Source: an uncultured Gammaproteobacteria bacterium
GTDB lineage: Bacteria; Patescibacteriota; Microgenomatia; Levybacterales; UBA12049
NCBI GenBank assembly: GCA_965230895.1
Contig: OZ246394.1
Location: forward strand, 916,668-980,667
Reading direction: 5' to 3'
DNA length: 64,000 nt
Position numbers and translations under genes: made by a program. The notes beneath the pieces were generated by a model, which was not told the DNA's origin, ran no database searches, and worked only from the letters and a program-made list of their open reading frames with translations. Shown here piece after piece: positions 59,620 through 64,000 of the stretch; within the stretch, counting starts at the first letter, position 1, and each line of letters starts with the position of its first letter.

Positions 59620-60714
59620 TTAATCTATTTTGTATTTCCGGATAAACTCTTCTACTTTTTCTCGAGCAACTGTGTCAGTGTATTGTTTTGGAGGAGATTT
59701 CATAAAGTATGAAGATGGTTCGACCAATGGACCACCTACATTATTATCCAACGCTAATTTACAGCAACGGATTGCATCAATCACGACACCTGCCGAGTTG
59801 GGGGAATCTTCAACCGACAGGCGCGCTTCAATATGCATTGGGACATCACCAAAGTGACGACTTTCAATTCGAATAAATGCCACTTTATTATCTTTCATCC
59901 ACTCGACATAATCACTTGGACCAATATGAACATTCTCTGGCTTAATTGAGTCATCATGAAGATCAATCTGTGAAGTTACAGATTGTGTCTTTGAAATTTC
60001 TTTTGACTTTAAACGTTTTCTTTCAAGCATATTCTGAAAATCAGTATTACCTCCTACATTTAATTGGTAGGTTCTATCAATTGGCATACCACGATCTAAG
60101 AAAAGATTTGTGAGAACTCGATGAACGATCGTTGCACCAACTTGTGCTTTAATATCGTCGCCAACGATAGGGACATTGGCATCTATAAAACGTTTACTCC
60201 ATTTTTTATCTGTAGCGATAAACACTGGCATGCAATTTACCATACCCACTTTCGCTCGCAAACAAATATCTGCCCAATATTCAACTGCTTTTTGGCTTCC
60301 AACTGGAAGATAGTTAACAAGTATTTCTGCTCCAGAATCTTTGAGAGCTTTTACTGGGTCAGGTATTTTACTTTTTGAAACTTTAATAACATCCTTTACA
60401 TATTCACCGATACCGTCTATCACTTCTGCATTCTTTACTGTAACACCTAACTTTGGAACTTTTGCAAATACTGCAGTGTTGTTTGGATGCGCATAAATTG
60501 CTTCTCCCAAATCTTTACCAACTTTTGTCTCGTTGACATCAAATGCTGCTACAACTTCAATATCACTTATTTTATATCCACCGAAATTTGCATGCATCAG
60601 ACCGAAGATTCTATCATTCTCTTTTGCATTCTTATAGTAGGTTAGACCTTGGACAAGTGATGAGGCACAATTACCAATACCGACAATTGCTATTTTTATT
60701 TTTTTGTTCTTCAT
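59620..60714 (-). CDS. ino1: myo-Inositol-1-phosphate synthase (Ino1 type, NAD-dependent)
   Basis: IAIVGIGNCASSLVQGLTYYKNA, GLMHANFGGY, AAFDVNETKVGKDL, NVGGNTDFQNMLERKRL, SPNSAGVVIDAIR: near-collinear with mycobacterial and archaeal MIPS as I recall them. Confidence 0.85.
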   Translation of the reverse strand: MKNKKIKIAIVGIGNCASSLVQGLTYYKNAKENDRIFGLMHANFGGYKISDIEVVAAFDVNETKVGKDLGEAIYAHPNNTAVFAKVPKLGVTVKNAEVIDGIGEYVKDVIKVSKSKIPDPVKALKDSGAEILVNYLPVGSQKAVEYWADICLRAKVGMVNCMPVFIATDKKWSKRFIDANVPIVGDDIKAQVGATIVHRVLTNLFLDRGMPIDRTYQLNVGGNTDFQNMLERKRLKSKEISKTQSVTSQIDLHDDSIKPENVHIGPSDYVEWMKDNKVAFIRIESRHFGDVPMHIEARLSVEDSPNSAGVVIDAIRCCKLALDNNVGGPLVEPSSYFMKSPPKQYTDTVAREKVEEFIRKYKID

Positions 60715-60781
60715 AAGAATTAACGATAACAGAACAATAACCTATTGTAAAATTAATGTATCTTATGATACATTAATAAAA

Positions 60782-61633
60782 TTAATGTTTGAAGAACTAC
60801 AAAGATTTCTGCTTCTTGTAGAAGAAAGAAATGCAACAAAAGTCGCGGACAAAGTATTTATCACCCAATCTGCGATGTCTCAGTCCATTAAGAGACTCGA
60901 AAAAGAGTTAGGTGTTGTATTAGTCATACAGAAAGGTAAGCAGCTAGAGATTACGAGTGATGGTTTAGCGGTTGCGGAAATTGGAACAAAGATTCTACAG
61001 CTTTGGCAAAAAGCGAAAGACCCTCAGAAGCGTTTTTCGGAGAAGCAAACTATTTCTCTAGGAAGTTTTGATAACGCAGCATTAAAGTTAGGTAAATATT
61101 TTCAAGACTCGATCATAAAAGATACTTTTAAAATTGAACTTACAATTAATGCTTCTGGAAAAATATTTTCACAAATCACACTTGGTATTTATGATATAGC
61201 GCTTTGTGTTGTTGATAAGAGAAAGCATTTACCAAAAAGCTTAATCGAAGTTATGACTTTTAAAGAAGAGCTTATTCCTGTTTCTTCACGAAAATTTGAT
61301 GGAAGGAAAGAATCAATTCCATTTATTTTATATAACGTAGGATCAAATACTCGTGATCAGATCGATTCTATTTTCGCGGAAAACTTTTTTAAGCCAACAA
61401 TCTTTGCGGAATCGACTAGTACAACATTTATGAAAGAGCTTGCACTCCTCGGCAGTGGAATAGCCTTATTACCAAAGAATTCTGTCTTAACTGAAATTTC
61501 TCAAGGGTTACTGAAGAAACATGCTCTGCCCTTCAAGTTTCACCGAGAATATGGTCTATATCTTTCAAAACAAAGTACCGTTACAAAAGATCATCAAATT
61601 ATTAAAGATATTTGTAGAATTTTGAGGAAATAA
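60782..61633 (+). CDS. LysR-family transcriptional regulator
   Basis: N-terminal HTH LQRFLLLVEERNATKVADKVFITQSAMSQSIKRLEKELG, then a substrate-binding domain. Start chosen at MFEEL; the track ORF extends upstream to 60704. Confidence 0.75.
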   Translation, partial: LMFEELQRFLLLVEERNATKVADKVFITQSAMSQSIKRLEKELGVVLVIQKGKQLEITSDGLAVAEIGTKILQLWQKAKDPQKRFSEKQTISLGSFDNAALKLGKYFQDSIIKDTFKIELTINASGKIFSQITLGIYDIALCVVDKRKHLPKSLIEVMTFKEELIPVSSRKFDGRKESIPFILYNVGSNTRDQIDSIFAENFFKPTIFAESTSTTFMKELALLGSGIALLPKNSVLTEISQGLLKKHALPFKFHREYGLYLSKQSTVTKDHQIIKDICRILRK

Positions 61634-62413
61634 TTATTTTTTAGACAATCCCTTCATTGCCTCGAGGACTTCAATAGGTACTGCAAAGACAACAGTATTT
61701 GATTGGTCCGAAGATATATCATTAATTGAATTTAAAGTACGTAGATGTAACGCTCCTGGTGAAGTTGCCATCAATTTTGCTGCTTTTGAGAGGTTTTCTG
61801 CGGCAACAACTTCTCCTTCTGAATTAATAATAGTTGCACGTCTTTCTCTTTCAGCTTCGGCTTGCTTCGCCATTGTTCGCTTCATACTCTCAGGAAGGAC
61901 AATATCTTTAAGCTCTACTGTGAGCACTTCAATTCCCCATCCACCAGTTGTTTCTTTCACAATATCTTTGATACGAGTAGCAACTTTGTCTCTATTTGCC
62001 AAAAGTGAGTCAAGGTCCACTTCTCCAACAATATTTCTCATCGTTGTTTGTGCAAGCTGATGAACTGCAACGTAAAAATTTTCCACTTCCAAGACCGCTT
62101 TTGAAGCATCGGTCACTTTATAATAAATAACAGCGGAGATACTTGCTGATATATTATCTTTTGTAATAGCATCTTGATTTGGAACATCAACAGCCTTGGT
62201 ACGAATATCCACCTTTTGATATGACTGAAAAATCGGGATAACAAGTCGCCAACCTGGTTCCATAACTCCTGAGTATTTACCTAAAGTAAATTTTACTCCA
62301 CGTTGATATTGGTTGATTTGCTTAATCGAGATAAGCAGAATAACTAAAATTGGAAAAAGAAAAACAAGAATATCCATTTGGATTATTGTATACCTGAAGG
62401 TTTTGTAATGCAA
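61634..62413 (-). CDS. SPFH/band-7 (stomatin/HflK-C-like) membrane protein
   Basis: N-terminal TM, QYQRGVKFTLGKY...PGWRLVIPIF SPFH-core pattern, and a C-terminal coiled coil AKQAEAERERRA. Confidence 0.75.
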   Translation of the reverse strand: MHYKTFRYTIIQMDILVFLFPILVILLISIKQINQYQRGVKFTLGKYSGVMEPGWRLVIPIFQSYQKVDIRTKAVDVPNQDAITKDNISASISAVIYYKVTDASKAVLEVENFYVAVHQLAQTTMRNIVGEVDLDSLLANRDKVATRIKDIVKETTGGWGIEVLTVELKDIVLPESMKRTMAKQAEAERERRATIINSEGEVVAAENLSKAAKLMATSPGALHLRTLNSINDISSDQSNTVVFAVPIEVLEAMKGLSKK

Positions 62414-62421
62414 GAATTATT

Positions 62422-63147
62422 TTATTTTGCGAACATTTCTTGAGCTTTTGCGTAATCTTCATGTGTGTCTATCTCAACCCATTTAAGTCCTGTTATATCA
62501 ACTGCATACATTGGACAACCTTTCGCAACTAAGGTTGTGTAACTATCATCATAATACTCTTGCCAATTAGCCTGATCGTTCATTAATGCTTCAAGTTCTG
62601 CAAACAATACTTTCGCAGCATCTGCACTAATCTTTTCTATCCCAATTGATTCACCAGTTGATGCATGTGGATCAAGTTTTTTGCCAACTTGTAATACCTT
62701 GTTATTTTCGTCTGTTATAACTTTTACTTCCTCTGCTTCTAAATTAATATTTTTGTCGATACAGAGTGCACTTGGAACTGGTGCATCTATCAACTTTTTT
62801 AAAACTTCTGTTTCGAAAACAACATCAGCATCAAATTTAATAAAACTATCATCTCCTACAAATTCTTTTGTGAGGAGCAATGAATAACCGGTATTTGTCG
62901 CTTCAAATTTCTCATTATGCATGAATGTTACTTTGAGTTGAGGGAACTTTTCAGCAATGAATGCTTCTACTTGTTCTGCTCGATAACCTGTAACAATTCC
63001 AACTTCAGTCATTCCAACTTCTACCACTGCATTAAGCATGCGCTCAATAATGGAAATTCCTACGACGGGAATAAATGATTTTGGTTTATCATCGGTAAGT
63101 GGTCTAATTCTTGATCCCACTCCAGCTGCTAATAATATTGCTTTCAT
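62422..63147 (-). CDS. Sugar/alcohol-phosphate nucleotidyltransferase (NTP_transferase fold; IPCT- or LicC-like cytidylyltransferase candidate)
   Basis: MKAILLAAGVGSRIRPLTDDKPK signature. 241 aa. It is co-transcribed downstream of a CDP-alcohol phosphatidyltransferase. Confidence 0.6.
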   Translation of the reverse strand: MKAILLAAGVGSRIRPLTDDKPKSFIPVVGISIIERMLNAVVEVGMTEVGIVTGYRAEQVEAFIAEKFPQLKVTFMHNEKFEATNTGYSLLLTKEFVGDDSFIKFDADVVFETEVLKKLIDAPVPSALCIDKNINLEAEEVKVITDENNKVLQVGKKLDPHASTGESIGIEKISADAAKVLFAELEALMNDQANWQEYYDDSYTTLVAKGCPMYAVDITGLKWVEIDTHEDYAKAQEMFAK

Positions 63148-63162
63148 AATACGTATTATACC

Positions 63163-63981
63163 TTATTTTCTCATTGGCATGAGTAATTCTTTAGATCTAT
63201 TCTTTAACTGAGTTCCACGTTCAAATACTCTCCATAATGCCCATATGGTTTGGCTTATTGCCAAAATCCAAAGTACAAGATCGAGACGGTTGCATAATGC
63301 TCCAATCGCAACAAATATTGCAAATTCTGCTTCATCGACAATAAGTAATGTTCTATTCTTTATCCATGAGAATCTCAATGCTTCACTTATATTTTTTGCT
63401 TTTTTTGCATATTGTACCTCCATTGCATGTTCGAGCTTTTGTCTTACCTTTGCAGATTCATCAAAATATTTTGGATTATTTGAAAACGCACTAAACATAG
63501 ATTCCAATTTAATATAATAGCGATATTGGAACATGAAACATGAGATAAAACCAAGAAGCAAATAAGTAATATTATTTGTTTGGAGATAGACCGCAAGACC
63601 TGTAAAAAACGTAATAAGGAAAATCTTTAAGATATCCAAAACTTTGTCCATATAATCTCCCATGATTGAATACTTCTTTGTGATTCGAGCCAATTGTCCA
63701 TCGACATCATCACCGACATATCCGAAGAAAATCATCAAACTACCAAGTACTAAATGGTATGGGAAATTTAAAACGAGGAAAATACATCCTAATGCAAATA
63801 ACGCGAAAGAAACAAGCGTAACATGATTTGGCGTTAAGAATGAGATTTTTGAAAGAGGTTTAACAATAATCCTTGCTAAAGGATATCCAATACGATCTCC
63901 CCAATTACTGTAGTATGTTGATTTTATGACACGGATTGCTGCGGTTGATTTTACAGTTTTAGTCGCTGAAGCTTTCTTCAT
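63163..63981 (-). CDS. CDP-alcohol phosphatidyltransferase-family membrane protein (second copy, 272 aa)
   Basis: GYVGDDVDGQLARITKKYSIMGDYMDKVLDILK = D-x2-D-G-x2-A-R...G-x3-D-x3-D. An AGGAGG SD is visible on the minus strand at 63987-63995. Confidence 0.75.
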   Translation of the reverse strand: MKKASATKTVKSTAAIRVIKSTYYSNWGDRIGYPLARIIVKPLSKISFLTPNHVTLVSFALFALGCIFLVLNFPYHLVLGSLMIFFGYVGDDVDGQLARITKKYSIMGDYMDKVLDILKIFLITFFTGLAVYLQTNNITYLLLGFISCFMFQYRYYIKLESMFSAFSNNPKYFDESAKVRQKLEHAMEVQYAKKAKNISEALRFSWIKNRTLLIVDEAEFAIFVAIGALCNRLDLVLWILAISQTIWALWRVFERGTQLKNRSKELLMPMRK

Positions 63982-64000
63982 ATTATAGGAGGATTATAAC

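Overview
This is a compact, low-GC (about 38-42% by eye) bacterial chromosomal segment. It is densely coding on both strands, with many abutting or overlapping genes, frequent weak or absent Shine-Dalgarno sequences, and a few non-ATG starts. I found no tRNA or rRNA genes, CRISPR arrays, transposases or integrases, so it looks like core chromosome rather than a mobile island. The taxon cannot be assigned from sequence alone; the style is that of a reduced-genome lineage.

Gene content, left to right:
- Housekeeping: gltX 5' fragment running off the window start, D-Ala-D-Ala carboxypeptidase, archaeal/eukaryal-type AspRS, recJ, cca, mscL, an ABC exporter, yqeY, NUDIX, HAD, secDF, folP, prfB, a CBS-less IMPDH-family gene, purS.
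- Glycan locus (20.2-33.3 kb, about 13 kb): GT-C/GT39 transferase, Ppm1-like polyprenyl-phosphate glycosyltransferase, gmd plus a GDP-sugar reductase, a nucleotide-sugar dehydrogenase, rmlA/rmlB/rmlD-like genes with no rmlC, a NUDIX, and four GT2 genes.
- tsaC-tsaB(truncated) and tsaE, interrupted by a Cys-repeat secreted protein.
- An ftsE-ftsX operon followed by a coiled-coil plus C39-like (papain-like) peptidase and a lamin-tail-domain protein.
- folP followed by a CofE-family gamma-glutamyl ligase (FolC2-like).
- A Zn-metalloprotease carrying a dockerin-like C-terminus.
- Two adjacent genes encoding four GH130 phosphorylase domains, next to glgP and glgA.
- At the right end, an inositol module: mycobacterial-type Ino1, two small CDP-alcohol phosphatidyltransferases, a CarS/DUF46-like CTP-transferase membrane protein, a PHP phosphoesterase, and an IPCT-like nucleotidyltransferase. 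Together these suggest phosphatidylinositol (or archaetidylinositol) and/or di-myo-inositol-phosphate-type synthesis.

The ORF track missed a 47-aa zinc-ribbon gene with a strong SD and a textbook intrinsic terminator. Function is assigned from motifs I recognise in the translations, and no database search was run.
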